From Gemmatimonadales bacterium (GTDB lineage Bacteria; Gemmatimonadota; Gemmatimonadetes; Gemmatimonadales; GWC2-71-9), in assembly GCA_965249575.1 (NCBI GenBank), contig OZ252244.1, positions 448,001 to 512,000 of the forward strand: DNA of 64,000 bases, read 5' to 3'. A program made the position numbers and the translations under genes. The number at the start of each line of letters is the position of its first letter. The first letter of the stretch is position 1. Below the pieces are notes generated by a model. That model had not been told where the DNA came from, searched no databases, and saw only the letters and a program-made list of their open reading frames with translations. Positions 20,172 to 30,849 of the stretch are shown in pieces.

Positions 20172-22558
20172 TTCTCGCCTCTCAGTTTGCGTTCGATGAT
20201 TTTCGTCACGAGCTCCGGGTTCGCCCTTCCCCCACTCTCCTTCATTACCTGGCCCACGAAGAACCCCAACATTCCCGTCCGGCCCGCTCGGAACTGCTCC
20301 GCCTTGTCCGAGTGAGCGGCGATCAACCGATCGACGATGGACTCCAGTGTGCCGACGTCGCTCACCTGGCGGAGTTTCTTGCGCTCAACGATCTCCGCCG
20401 GGTCGCCACCTCCTTCGACCATCTCGGCGAAGATCTCCTTCGCCGTGGGCCTGGATATCACGCCATCATCGATCAACGCCACCAACTTCCCCAGCTGTCC
20501 CCCGGAGACCGGCAACACCTTTATCCGTTTCTCCTTGAAGACTCGTAGCACGTCGTTGATCACCCACGCCGCAATCGCCTTGGGATTACCGTGCTCGGTC
20601 AGCGCCTCCTCGAAGAACTCCGCGACGGCGAGGTCGGCCGTGAGAACTCGCGCCTGGTCGGCCGTCAAGCCCAGCTCCTCGGTATACCTGCTGAGATCGG
20701 CAGCCTGCCCGGTTGGCGTGGGCCGTAGCCGCTGGCGGGCGTCGGCTTTCCGGCGCCGGGGTTTCGCGCGGGCCTGTTTCGGCACCGGCCGCTTTGGCGT
20801 TTTGGAAACCCCGGATTCCTTCCCCGCGACCTTCGCCCACGTGTCCCGCAGGCCGACCGTTCGGTTAAACACCAACGCGCTCGAGGACGAATCCTCGACG
20901 TCGCTGCAGAAGAAGCCCTGGCGCTCGAACTGATACCGGGTGCCCGGAGGGTCGGACGCGACGCTCGGCTCGATCCGGCACCCCGCCAGGATGATCTCGG
21001 ACTCGGGGTTCAGGTTCCCGGTCAGATCACCATCGGCCCCGCCTTCGTCGGGATCCTCCGAGCGGAACAGCCGGTCGTAGAGCCGGACCTCCGCCGGGAG
21101 CGAGTGCGTCGCTGACACCCAATGCAGCGTCCCCTTCACCTTCCTTCCGTCGGGGGCTCCGCCGCCACGGGTCTCGGGATCGTATGTACACCGGATCTCG
21201 ACGATCTCTCCCGACTCCGAATCTTTGACCACGTCCTCACATTGGATGTAATAGGCGTAGCGGAGGCGCACCTCCCGGCCAGGAGCCAACCGGAAGAAGT
21301 TCTTCGGCGGGTCCTCACGAAAGTCGTCGCGTTCTATATACAGCTCGCGGGAGAACGGAACCGTGCGCGATCCCTCTTTTGGGACATCGTGCGGATAGTA
21401 CGGCGCCTCCAGTGTCTCCGTGCGACCCTCTGGATAGTTGGTGATGACCACACGTAACGGCCGCAGTACACCCAGTACCCGAGGCACCTTCTGATTCAGG
21501 TCGTCCCGAATGCAGTATTCCAGCTTCTCGATATCCACCCGACTGTCGACTCTCGCCACGCCGATCAGATCGCAGAAGCGCTGAATCGCCTCTGGGGTTA
21601 CCCCACGCCGGCGGAGACCCGCGATCGTCGGCATCCGGGGATCGTCCCATCCGCGGACGTGCTTCCCCTGCACGAGCGCGATCAACTTGCGCTTACTCAG
21701 TACCGTATGGGCGAGGTTCAGCCGGGCGAACTCGATCTGCTGCGGATGGCACTCGACGGTGGTCGCATCCAGCACCCAGTCGTACAACTCTCGATTGTCT
21801 TTGAACTCCAGCGTGCAGAGCGAATGCGTGATGCCCTCGATCGAGTCCGACAGACAGTGCGTGAAATCGTACAGTGGGTAAACGCACCAGGCGTCCCCAC
21901 TCCGGTAATGGGTCGCGTGACGGATTCGGTACAGCACGGGATCCCGCATGAGCATGTTCGGTGCGGCCATGTCGATCTTGGCCCGCAGCACGTACGCGCC
22001 ATCGGCGAACTCGCCGGACCGCATCCGTGCAAACAAGCTCAGGTTCTCCTCGACCGATCGGTTCCGATGAGGACTCTCGCGCCCGGGCTCGGTGACCGTA
22101 CCCCGATACTCTCGGATCTCGTCCCCGGTCAGACTATCGACGTATGCCTTGCGGGACTGGATCAAACGAACCGCTAGCTCATAGAGGCGCTCGAAATAAT
22201 CGGAGGCGTAGAAGAGCCGGTCCCCCCAGTCGAACCCGAGCCACCGCACGTCTCGTTGAATGGCTTCGGCATACCGCGTTTCTTCCGTCTCGGGATTCGT
22301 GTCATCGAATCGCAGGTGGCACACGCCACCGGGGTTTTCGCGCGCGATCCCGAAGTTGAGGCAGATCGACTTGGCGTGCCCGATGTGCAGATAGCCGTTG
22401 GGCTCCGGGGGAAACCGGGTCACGACCTCCCCGCCGTGCTTCCCCGTGCGACGGTCCTCGGCCACGATCGTTCGAATGAAATCGCGTGGAGCGTCGCCCG
22501 ATGGCTCGCCGGGGCATCCCCCGGCGGCAGCCTCGCTATGGACGTCTGGTGGATTCAT
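20168..22558 (-). CDS. glnS: Glutaminyl-tRNA synthetase with C-terminal GatB/YqeY domain
   Basis: [49 protein letters not shown]...ANP. Start approximate. Confidence 0.96.
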   Translation of the reverse strand: MNPPDVHSEAAAGGCPGEPSGDAPRDFIRTIVAEDRRTGKHGGEVVTRFPPEPNGYLHIGHAKSICLNFGIARENPGGVCHLRFDDTNPETEETRYAEAIQRDVRWLGFDWGDRLFYASDYFERLYELAVRLIQSRKAYVDSLTGDEIREYRGTVTEPGRESPHRNRSVEENLSLFARMRSGEFADGAYVLRAKIDMAAPNMLMRDPVLYRIRHATHYRSGDAWCVYPLYDFTHCLSDSIEGITHSLCTLEFKDNRELYDWVLDATTVECHPQQIEFARLNLAHTVLSKRKLIALVQGKHVRGWDDPRMPTIAGLRRRGVTPEAIQRFCDLIGVARVDSRVDIEKLEYCIRDDLNQKVPRVLGVLRPLRVVITNYPEGRTETLEAPYYPHDVPKEGSRTVPFSRELYIERDDFREDPPKNFFRLAPGREVRLRYAYYIQCEDVVKDSESGEIVEIRCTYDPETRGGGAPDGRKVKGTLHWVSATHSLPAEVRLYDRLFRSEDPDEGGADGDLTGNLNPESEIILAGCRIEPSVASDPPGTRYQFERQGFFCSDVEDSSSSALVFNRTVGLRDTWAKVAGKESGVSKTPKRPVPKQARAKPRRRKADARQRLRPTPTGQAADLSRYTEELGLTADQARVLTADLAVAEFFEEALTEHGNPKAIAAWVINDVLRVFKEKRIKVLPVSGGQLGKLVALIDDGVISRPTAKEIFAEMVEGGGDPAEIVERKKLRQVSDVGTLESIVDRLIAAHSDKAEQFRAGRTGMLGFFVGQVMKESGGRANPELVTKIIERKLRGEK

Positions 22559-22695
22559 GGGCGATCGGGTTGCGTACGCGTTGCTCCCGAGCGCCGTCAG
22601 GGGCGCAGGAGACATTCTGACTCGGAGCACCGAGCCCGGATCTTGTGAAAGGTAGTGCCCCCCGCAAGGGCGGAGACGGGGTTAATTCATGCCCC

Positions 22696-23595
22696 CTAGG
22701 GCGGACCGGACCGGTATCGCGTGAGTCGGGCCCGCTTGCTCCTTCCCTCATCCGAAAGACAAAGCGACGAGTCGGAGAGAAACGTAATGCCCTCGGCTTT
22801 CCGGTGCGCACCGTCGGGGAACGTGAGCACGCCGAGCAGGACGCCCGCAGGCGTAATCTCGGCGATCGCCTCCTGGCGAGCGGCCACCACGAAATACGTA
22901 CCGGTGCCGGGGTGTCGCTCGATGCCCGACGGCGCGAACGCGCGCTCGCCCAGCGACCTCTTGAATGCATCGAGCGGGACCAGTATAGGAAGGCCTTCGA
23001 CCCGCTCGCGGCGGTCTACAGACCAGCGATAGATCGCCACGTAGTCCTCGAGCTCCCGCACGCGCGGGGTCTTGCACAGCATGAGTGGTGTCCGGTCGCT
23101 CGGCTCGAACGCCAGTCCTTCCACCTCGCAGCCTCGCCCCACGTCGGTGGCGAACGTATTCACGAGCACGTGCTCCCCGTCCGCACCCTCGGGCACTTCG
23201 TAGAGGGTGCCGTCACTCGTCACCATGAAGAAGTGATCGTCCACGACCGCGATGCCTTCGAAATCGTCTTTCGGCACCGGCGAGCCGAGGGCGAATGACT
23301 TGAGCACGCCGCCGTCCGTTGGGTCGAGCTCGTAGACGATCCCCCGCTCATCATCGTGGGTGAAGAGGCGGTCATCCGCGGTTGCTGCCAACCCCGACAC
23401 CTCTCGGAGGCGCCGGGGCAGCTTCCAGGACTCCTTGCGCTCACCGGTGAACGAGTAGCGGGTGAGCGCACCGCCGGCTTCTTCCTGCACCGGCTGGGCG
23501 CAGGCCGGTGTCAGCGCGGAGACGGTCAGCACCTGAAACAGCGAGAGCCATCGCACACAGGTGGCAAGGCGTTCTAACGTTGATACTAACGGCAA
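22696..23595 (-). CDS. SdiA-regulated (YjiK-like) beta-propeller exported protein
   Basis: LREVSGLA, DFEGIA, EVEGLAF, FAPSGI, KAEGITF repeats. Start uncertain. Confidence 0.75.
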   Translation of the reverse strand: MPLVSTLERLATCVRWLSLFQVLTVSALTPACAQPVQEEAGGALTRYSFTGERKESWKLPRRLREVSGLAATADDRLFTHDDERGIVYELDPTDGGVLKSFALGSPVPKDDFEGIAVVDDHFFMVTSDGTLYEVPEGADGEHVLVNTFATDVGRGCEVEGLAFEPSDRTPLMLCKTPRVRELEDYVAIYRWSVDRRERVEGLPILVPLDAFKRSLGERAFAPSGIERHPGTGTYFVVAARQEAIAEITPAGVLLGVLTFPDGAHRKAEGITFLSDSSLCLSDEGRSKRARLTRYRSGPP

Positions 23596-23684
23596 TGCCC
23601 CAGGCCGTCCTCGCGGCGGGTGAGCGTAGCGGCGTATGACGTGCTGGTGGTGTTCGAGTACCGAGCGCCGGCCCTGTCGATCGA

Positions 23685-24074
23685 TCAAGCGGCCGGAGCG
23701 TCCGGGATGTCCTTCAGGATAGTTCTCCGGCGGCAGCCGGTACACTGCACCCGGCGGGCCGTATGGCCCTCAGCCTCGAAGGGCGGTCCCAACATCATGT
23801 TCGCATCGCATTCCGGACAGGCCGCCCGAACCTTGGGATGGCGAATCATCTCGCGGATGTCGTCTACATCTTCCAGGGAGTACGTCGCAAACACGGGCTG
23901 GCGCCGGTCGCGCACAACGCGCCGCTCGGATCCGGTCCGGCGTTCCGCACCTCGTCTCGCTGCCTCGCCGAGCCGCCGATCCGCCTTCGAGCGACGATCG
24001 GCGGTCGCGCGAAGGTCGTTCAGGAACCGGCGCAGGCCTTCGTGCGGATCTCGTTTGGTCGGCTGCCTGCCCAT
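23685..24074 (-). CDS. Hypothetical protein with C-terminal zinc ribbon
   Basis: CPEC...CTGC pair; DRR/ERR repeats. Confidence 0.6.
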   Translation of the reverse strand: MGRQPTKRDPHEGLRRFLNDLRATADRRSKADRRLGEAARRGAERRTGSERRVVRDRRQPVFATYSLEDVDDIREMIRHPKVRAACPECDANMMLGPPFEAEGHTARRVQCTGCRRRTILKDIPDAPAA

Positions 24075-24238
24075 GAGGATCCCATATCGAAACGTGTCGC
24101 CCTGCTAGGAACAGATTTACATCTGGGACGGCGCCCCGCTAGGGGGACTCCGTGGTCAGCGAGGAGTGAGGAGTGCAGTGATTGAACGAAGGACACGGGC
24201 GCGGCTCGACGTATGTCAAAGGAGAATTACCTTTCCAG

Positions 24239-24279
24239 CCGGGAGGGCTAGACCTAATTGGTAAGGCAGCGGTCTTGAA
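24239..24279 (+). repeat. att-like direct repeat: exact 41-bp copy of the tRNA-Ser(TGA) 5' half
   Basis: ccgggagggctagacctaattggtaaggcagcggtcttgaa is identical to 37897-37937. Confidence 0.95.
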
Positions 24280-24306
24280 GGACCTCGGCGGTGTCCGTCG
24301 GGGTCC
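24280..24306 (+). terminator. GC-rich hairpin immediately after the tRNA 5' fragment
   Basis: ggacctcggcgg-tgt-ccgtcggggtcc (two G-U pairs), followed by ttgt. Confidence 0.45.
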
Positions 24307-24396
24307 TTGTCTGTCCTCATGGGTCTGGCTTCCCAGGAGAAACGAACGGTGACGAGCCAGCGTTGTCCGGCTGAGTCCGCTCCGGCCACCTCAGAC

Positions 24397-24416
24397 TGCC
24401 TTCGTTTTTGCCTTCG
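24397..24416 (+). repeat. Putative integrase arm-type site (left)
   Basis: tgccttcgtttttgccttcg; 19/20 match to 37805-37824. Confidence 0.7.
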
Positions 24417-24464
24417 GTCCGTCTGCCATCGCATCGCTCCTGCGAGCGTCGGCCAACGATGGGG

Positions 24465-24596
24465 ACGGCACGTCAACGGCACGTCAACAACTGCCAACGG
24501 CACCTCAACAGCCTATGGGGGAATCCCCCATAGCGGTCGCAGCACCGCGCCCACCTATTTGACCGGCTGCTGCTTGACGCTGGCTTGACGCCGGCG
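24465..24596. repeat. Iteron-like array around a palindrome (putative origin)
   Basis: ACGGCAC(G/C)TCAAC x3, palindrome ctatggggga-a-tcccccatag (24513-24533), then TTGAC-containing units x3 in the opposite orientation. Confidence 0.6.
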
Positions 24597-24762
24597 CGCG
24601 CACGTTGGCACGTCCTGATTCGGGGGGAATCCGTGTTGCGACGCCGCGTGTCCGTTGTGGTGTTAGTGACCGTCGTAATCCAGCCCCCCCACATGTTCTT
24701 CCTGGTAGTGCCGACGGCCCCTTTCCGGAGCAGTGCGCTGTAGCGAGACCCACGGAGGAATC

Positions 24763-26313
24763 ATGAACGTCTCGAGATCCAAGCCACAAGGCACGCGCTT
24801 CGTAGCCTATGTCCTGTTGCTCGCTTTCGCATCCAGCTGCATGGGCCCTTGGCGCGTCCAATCGGGCGATGCGCGATCTATAGTTGAGGCGAAACGGCCC
24901 AACAAGATCCGGGTCTATCGCTCTGGCGGATCAGGAGTCGAGCTGGAGAACCCGACCATCGTCGGAGACAGCCTGGTCGGAATGTCCACGCAACCACGGC
25001 CGTCCGTTCGAGTAGCCATGCCCCTCGATCAAATTCGCGCTGTTGAGACCAGAGGAATTGATGGGGGGAAGACTACGGCGCTCGTCTTGGGAGTCGGTGC
25101 CTTGGTGGCCGTCATCGCAATGGCTACCGCTCCCGAGCCGAGGAGGAGCTGTACGCGAGGGGAGTTTTCGGGATCATGCTCTTGTCCGTTCGTATACAGC
25201 TGGGACGGTGAGACCTGGCGGCTCGACTCGGGAACGTTTGGGGGGGCCATCACTCGCGCAGCGGCCCGTACAGACGTGGACAACCTGGTCTACGCCACAC
25301 CGACGGACCGTGTCCTGCGCCTCAAGCTGGCCAACGAACAGGCCGAAACCGACCACGTCGATGCGTTGTCGGTGTTGGCAGTCGATCACGATCCGACCGT
25401 CACCGTCGCTCCCGACGGTGCCGGCAAGCTCTATAGTATCGGAAGACTGAATGCACCAACGCGGGCCGTCGATTACAAGGGACGAGACGTCCTCACCCGG
25501 ATTGCGGCTCCCGACGACGTACACTGGGAGTCGGTGGTCACTGGCCGGGATTCGTCGCGAACGGCGGACGTCCGGGACGGCATCGAGTTGACGTTCGCTC
25601 GTCCCAACGACGCCCAGGAAGCACGACTCGTGATCGACGGTCGCGATGCTGGGTGGACGGCCATGATGTTGGCGGAATGGGTCAGCGCCCACGGCTCGGC
25701 CACGCCCGCATGGTACGACTCCCTCGACACACAACCCCGGATGTTCCAGGAATTTTCAGAAATCATGGCCCACACCGGATTCCTCGGTGTGTGGGTTCAG
25801 GTCGGTGACCGCTGGGAGCAGCAGGGGTACATCTGGGGTGCCAGCCCCAAGGTCGCAAAGCGACAAGTGTTTTCGGTCGACTTGTCACGGGTGGTGGGAG
25901 AGACGATCCGGGTGCGGCTCGAGTCCGCTCCGTCCTTCTGGCTGGTCGATCACGTTGCCATCGATTACTCGGACCAACGGGCGCTCGACGTCCGCGAGCT
26001 ACACGCCAACCGGGCAACAGACCACACCGGCCGCGACGTCCGTGCTGTACTCGGCGCCATTGACGGAGCCGAATACGTCATGGAAACCGGCGACTATGCC
26101 GAGCTCGAGTTCGACGTTCCCACAGTACCGGCCGGGAAGATCCGGAGCTACGTGCTCCGTTCCACCGGTTGGTATCGTATTCACACGCCGAACAGCGGAC
26201 CGCCCCAGATCGGACTACTCGATCAGCTCGTGAGTGACCGAAATGCGGCGTCTCGTGCCGCCGTTGGCCGGATGAACGAGATGCTCCAGTTCTTGGGGAG
26301 CGAGTCCCGGTGA
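24763..26313 (+). CDS. Exported/lipoprotein with SCPxxYxWDG motif domain
   Basis: GGAGGA RBS, lipobox-like FASSC, transmembrane segment, then GSCSCPFVYSWDGETW. Confidence 0.75.
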   Translation: MNVSRSKPQGTRFVAYVLLLAFASSCMGPWRVQSGDARSIVEAKRPNKIRVYRSGGSGVELENPTIVGDSLVGMSTQPRPSVRVAMPLDQIRAVETRGIDGGKTTALVLGVGALVAVIAMATAPEPRRSCTRGEFSGSCSCPFVYSWDGETWRLDSGTFGGAITRAAARTDVDNLVYATPTDRVLRLKLANEQAETDHVDALSVLAVDHDPTVTVAPDGAGKLYSIGRLNAPTRAVDYKGRDVLTRIAAPDDVHWESVVTGRDSSRTADVRDGIELTFARPNDAQEARLVIDGRDAGWTAMMLAEWVSAHGSATPAWYDSLDTQPRMFQEFSEIMAHTGFLGVWVQVGDRWEQQGYIWGASPKVAKRQVFSVDLSRVVGETIRVRLESAPSFWLVDHVAIDYSDQRALDVRELHANRATDHTGRDVRAVLGAIDGAEYVMETGDYAELEFDVPTVPAGKIRSYVLRSTGWYRIHTPNSGPPQIGLLDQLVSDRNAASRAAVGRMNEMLQFLGSESR

Positions 26314-27554
26314 AGGGCCGCCAAGTCTGCATCACCGGCATTGGTGCGATCACGGCCGCCGGTCATGGCGTTGACGCCCTGCGCACCATGCTGCTCACCG
26401 GGGCGACCCGCGTGCGCCCTGCCGCCGAGCTAGGCGGCCTGCCGGTCGGCCGCGCTCCTGAGCACATGCGGTGCCGAGATGCGCGTCGCCTGGATCGGAG
26501 CGGGGCCCTGTTTCTGGCCGCTGCAAAGGAGGCGTGGGAAAGCGCCCGGCTCGAGACTACCGACCTGGACTTGACGCGCTGCGCGGTCATTGACGGCTCC
26601 TCCCTCGGCGTAATGGCCGATCTGCTCGAGGCCCATCGAGATCGGTTGCACCGCGGGGACGGACTGCCGCACCCCTCCGGACTCGTACGGTTCATGGCAG
26701 GCGCGGGCGGTGCTGCCTTCGCGCACGCGTACGGGCTGCAAGGAACCGTGATACATGTGTCGGGAGGGTGTGTTTCGTCGACGTACGCGATCACCGAGGC
26801 GATCCAAAAGATTGCCAATGACGGTGCCGACGTGGTCATTGCCGGCGGGGCCGAGTGCCCGCTGCAACGAGATATCGTCGACACATTCCGCGCCGCGGGG
26901 ATTCTGGCCCACGCGAATGACGGTGTATGCAAACCATTCGATGGGCGCCGCTGTGGCACGGTACTGGGCGAGGGAGCGGGTGTGCTCGTGTTGGAATCCG
27001 AGGAACACGCGCGCCGGCGACGTGCTACGCCCGTTGCTTCCATTAGTGGATTCGGCGCTAACTGTGAAGCGTACTCCATGACCGCCCCTCAACCGGATGG
27101 CACCGGTGTAGCGATTGCCATCCGCCAGGCCCTATCCGATACACCCACTGACTCCGTGGGATGGATCAAGACACATGGTGCCGGGACGAAGCTGAACGAC
27201 GCTGCGGAGTGCCGAGGTCTTGCCGCGGTGTTCGGAACCCGCCTGCCGGACATTCCCATCACGGCGCTGAAACCAATGACCGGTCATTGTCTGGGCGCAA
27301 GCGGTGCCGTCGAGAGCGTCGCCGGTCTGATCGCTCTTCAAGAAGGCGTCATCCCACCCACACTCGGCACCGAGCAGATTGATGAGACTCTACCCTCCTG
27401 CACCGTGGTGACACGCCTGCAACGAAGTACGGCGACAACGATTCTGATGCTGACCGCGAGCTTCGGCGGTCGGTACGCCGCCATTGCGGCTAGCCTCGGG
27501 GACGCAGCTGGAAGAGGCTCAAGCAGAGCGTTCATGAGGGGGAGAAGAGAGTAA
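26310..27554 (+). CDS. Beta-ketoacyl-ACP synthase II-like (FabF family)
   Basis: VCITGIG, GGCVSS (catalytic Cys), CKPFD, GEGAG, THGAGT, GHCLGASG, SFGG. GTGA overlap with the upstream gene. Confidence 0.9.
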   Translation: MKGRQVCITGIGAITAAGHGVDALRTMLLTGATRVRPAAELGGLPVGRAPEHMRCRDARRLDRSGALFLAAAKEAWESARLETTDLDLTRCAVIDGSSLGVMADLLEAHRDRLHRGDGLPHPSGLVRFMAGAGGAAFAHAYGLQGTVIHVSGGCVSSTYAITEAIQKIANDGADVVIAGGAECPLQRDIVDTFRAAGILAHANDGVCKPFDGRRCGTVLGEGAGVLVLESEEHARRRRATPVASISGFGANCEAYSMTAPQPDGTGVAIAIRQALSDTPTDSVGWIKTHGAGTKLNDAAECRGLAAVFGTRLPDIPITALKPMTGHCLGASGAVESVAGLIALQEGVIPPTLGTEQIDETLPSCTVVTRLQRSTATTILMLTASFGGRYAAIAASLGDAAGRGSSRAFMRGRRE

Positions 27555-27588
27555 CGGATATCTTCGGTCGTCAGGGAGACAACGAACA

Positions 27589-27957
27589 ATGAATCGCTTG
27601 GTCGCTCTTGCACTCAGTGGTACGGCTCTGGTCGCGTGCGGCACGGTCAAGACGACGCTCCTTCCGGAGGCCAGTCTTTGGTTGCCCGTCCCGGCCCCGC
27701 AGGTCAGCGTCTACTTTGCTAGCGACTCGCTCCCGCCGCACCAGCGGGTGGCGATACTCCATTTCAAGGGCGAAGGCGGGATGCTGGACAGGTTGCGCAC
27801 GGAGGCGGGCAAGTTGGGAGCGAATGCCATCGTGCTGACCCAGATGAAGGAGGATGCGAGCTTCGGTGAGAAGGTTGCAGCCGCGGTGTTCCCACTCGCG
27901 TCGTTCCTGGGACTGGGGGGTGACCGGCCGGCGGAGGCCGTAGCGATCCGCGTCTAG
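27589..27957 (+). CDS. Small lipoprotein
   Basis: LVAC lipobox, LRTEAGKLGANAIV; GGGAG RBS. Confidence 0.75.
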   Translation: MNRLVALALSGTALVACGTVKTTLLPEASLWLPVPAPQVSVYFASDSLPPHQRVAILHFKGEGGMLDRLRTEAGKLGANAIVLTQMKEDASFGEKVAAAVFPLASFLGLGGDRPAEAVAIRV

Positions 27958-27963
27958 ACCAAT

Positions 27964-27993
27964 AAAAGCGCCCGGCCCCTGCGGTCGGGCGCT
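27964..27993. terminator. Intrinsic terminator-like hairpin
   Basis: agcgcccggcc / ggtcgggcgct stem, preceded by an A-run. Confidence 0.55.
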
Positions 27994-28266
27994 GTGGGGT
28001 GACAGACTGTTGATCCACGGCGGTTACTCTCGGCTCCCATGCCCCGCTTTGCCCTGATCCCCCTAGGCGATGCCCTTCCCGCCGTCGAGGCCGGCTTGAC
28101 GAGTGCGACGAATCCCAGCCGCCCGACGAGAAGGAACGGGCCGAGTTGCTCAGGCTGGCGATCCGGTTCGCAGCGGTGCAGCGGTTACTGGTGCGGTATG
28201 CGAAGGCTGGGGACGCCAATGCCCAATTGACGGAACCACATGTAGGACACTAGCGTACTGGGCAGT

Positions 28267-28701
28267 ATGAACGGCTCGACCCCCCTCACGAACAGCCGCC
28301 GCGAGCGATTCGCCCAGGAACTGGCGAAAGGCGCGTCCCAGGCGGAGGCGTACCGCCAGGTGGGGTACAAGAACGGCAGCGGCACTGATCAGGCGGCATC
28401 CCGGCTGTTAAGGAATGTTGAGGTCGCGGGGCGAGTCGATCACCTCAAGACTGAGGCAGCAAAACAGGCCGAAGTCGATGCGGCCTACGTGCTGCGGCAG
28501 CTCAAGGCACTAGCGGAGCTGCCTATCGACACGCCGAGCCACTCCGCGCAAGTCGCTGCGCTGAACCTCCTCGGGAAACACCTTGGCCTGTTCGACGAGA
28601 GACACCGCGTGGATGGGGCGATGCAGCTTGAGATCCGCGTGGTGCGGGAGCTGCCCCCCGAAGCCTACCTGCCCCTGTCTCCGGGCGACGAGCCTGCGTG
28701 A
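28267..28701 (+). CDS. Phage terminase small subunit
   Basis: RRERFAQEL..GASQAEAYRQVGY...AASRLLRN..V...ALNLLGKHLGLF fits the Terminase_2 pattern. TTGACG-N18-TAGCGT promoter at 28227-28256. Confidence 0.85.
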   Translation: MNGSTPLTNSRRERFAQELAKGASQAEAYRQVGYKNGSGTDQAASRLLRNVEVAGRVDHLKTEAAKQAEVDAAYVLRQLKALAELPIDTPSHSAQVAALNLLGKHLGLFDERHRVDGAMQLEIRVVRELPPEAYLPLSPGDEPA

Positions 28702-28720
28702 CGACTCCGGGAGCCTGGAC

Positions 28721-28907
28721 TCAGTCGCGCCCCGCCCCTTCCGTGAGCCGCCGCACCTCCTCGAACCACTTCACGACGACGTTCAACTCTCCCGATGCCG
28801 CCGCCTTGCGATGATGCTTGAGGTCCTCGGCAAGGTAGACCGTGGCCATGCCACCTTCGCCCAAGTGGCGCTCGATCTTGTAGCGGTCGGCGAGGGCGGT
28901 CGAGAGC
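28721..28907 (-). pseudogene. Ser/Thr kinase scar (N-terminus fused in frame to C-terminus)
   Basis: LSTALADRYKIERHLGEGGMATVYLAEDLKHHRK joined directly to ELNVVVKWFEEVRRL. Confidence 0.8.
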
Positions 28908-29424
28908 CCGGGGCAACCTCGATTGGAGCGAGCCAACGCAACCAAGCTGCAGATTCGCTCGGCAGTTACGCGGTGCGTGAACGAGATGCGGAGGTTACTC
29001 CAGAGAGGGAAACGGCCCGCCCCGAAAGTTCGTCCCGCGCCCGGGTCAAAGCTGTTTGCCATCGCGGACTTCCTGCTTCCGACTAAGGACAGGGAGAATG
29101 TCTGCGACGCGTCCGTGAGCGACATGCTCGCGGAATACGGCACCGCGCTTGACCCGGAAAAATCACGGCGAAGAGCCGGCCCAGAACCATTGCGTAACCG
29201 GGTCCAAGATTCGGGGTGTTTGCTTCATTCTAGAGGTTGAGATTTGACGTTCTCTATACAGTGGCCGACGCTGGCCCCGCCACCGCACAGACGCCCCGCA
29301 GGACGCCCGCCGGGGCTCTATGGACTGCAAGAGGCAAGAGGACGAACACGGGGGTATTTTGCCTAAAGAGCTACGGCTTCGCGGACTTTCGCTACGAGCC
29401 CAGTGTCTCAGAAAGGAGGTGCGG

Positions 29425-30785
29425 ATGGTGCTCCGAGATCTCGCTAGCATCGCCCTCGCCACGCTGCTGGCCGCCCCCACCGCGACGGTCGCCCAGGAAA
29501 GCGGCTGGAGGGTCCCGTTCGATGGACGAGGCCTCGTGCCCTTCGTCGTGGCCGAGGGTATGCTCTTTGCCAGCGGCAATGATGGGGCGCTCCTGGCCTT
29601 CGACATGGCGACTGGAGAGCGCCGTTGGCAGTTCCAGATCGGAGAGCGGGCCGCGGCCTCGAAGGTCATCGTGACCAATGAGACGAGGCTGGCCGGAATG
29701 ATCGCCGCTGCCGGCTTGGGGATCAATCGGAAAGTAGCACTGGGTCGTCCGGTTCTGGCAGACGGCTCTGTGTACATCGCCTCATTCCACAGCGAGCCCC
29801 CGGACCTACCCAACGTCTACGCGCTGGATGCTACGTCGGGCCGGGAGCGGTGGTCCTACTTCGCTCCGGGCGGGGCCGCCGTGTCGATGGTCTCGTGCTC
29901 GTGAACGGCGGGGGCGGGCTCGTCGATGCGCTGGACGCCACGACCGGTGCGCTCCAGTGGCGCTTTGAGCCGCTCGCTGGCTTGGACGGGTTCGCGCGGC
30001 GTCGCGCGAGTGGTCCCGTGGCCACGGGGAGTACACTGTATCTGACTGCCCCGTCGATGGAGGATGTGCCACAACACAGTTACTTTTACGCCCTTGATCT
30101 GGGTTCAGGCGTGGCGCGGTGGATCGAGGAGGTGCCGGGAAGGCCGGTGAGTCGGCCGCTCTTGCACGACGGGTCGGGCTACGTTGCGGTCAAGGTGGGC
30201 GGAATCGAGGTGGTGGAGGGAGTAGTGCGATCACGAGCTGAGCATCTGGCGGTGCGCAGCGTGGCGCTCGACTCGGGGACGATCAGGTGGGAGGCAACGA
30301 TCGACAGCGCCTGGCAAGTGTCCGATCCCCTCTTGGTGGCGGATCGTCTGGTCATCGCGACGGATCGCGGCACTGTGGCGTTCGACTTCGACACGGGCGA
30401 GGAGGTGTGGCGATTCCGCACCAGTGAGCATTTCGTCAAGTCGACCTTCTGGGTGGCTGGCGACGAGGTACTGGTGGGCACCCAAGAGTCGCTGCACGTT
30501 CTGGACGCCGCGACCGGTGAGGTGCGCCGAGCGATAGCGTTGAAGGAAGGATGGGTCCACGGGATCGAGGGTGACGACGTGTACCTCAGTCATCTCGAGC
30601 GGTTGTCGCGGCACGACCTCACCACTGGCCAGTGGGTGTGGGAATCGAAGCTCGACAGCCGGCCCGGCCAAATCCGCGAAATCGATGGGTGGCTCTACCT
30701 GACGACGAACGGCGAGCACCTCTGGGGGAGCAAACCGAAGACGGGCTATCTCTACAAGCTGAACCCCGAAACAGGGAAGCAGTGA
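29425..30785 (+). pseudogene. PQQ/BamB-like beta-propeller exported protein, frameshifted near 29885
   Basis: AAAGGAGGT RBS, signal peptide, ALDATSGRERW repeats continuing across two ORFs. Confidence 0.8.
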
Positions 30786-30849
30786 ACCCAGACTGCTAGG
30801 TCACTGACCGAGTAGTTGCGCGGGTTTCTCCGGATTCGAGGGGGGTCCC

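Noticed and set aside
28986..29240. Short ORF MRRLLQRG...
   Set aside because: Looks like a gene fragment, but no family can be supported.
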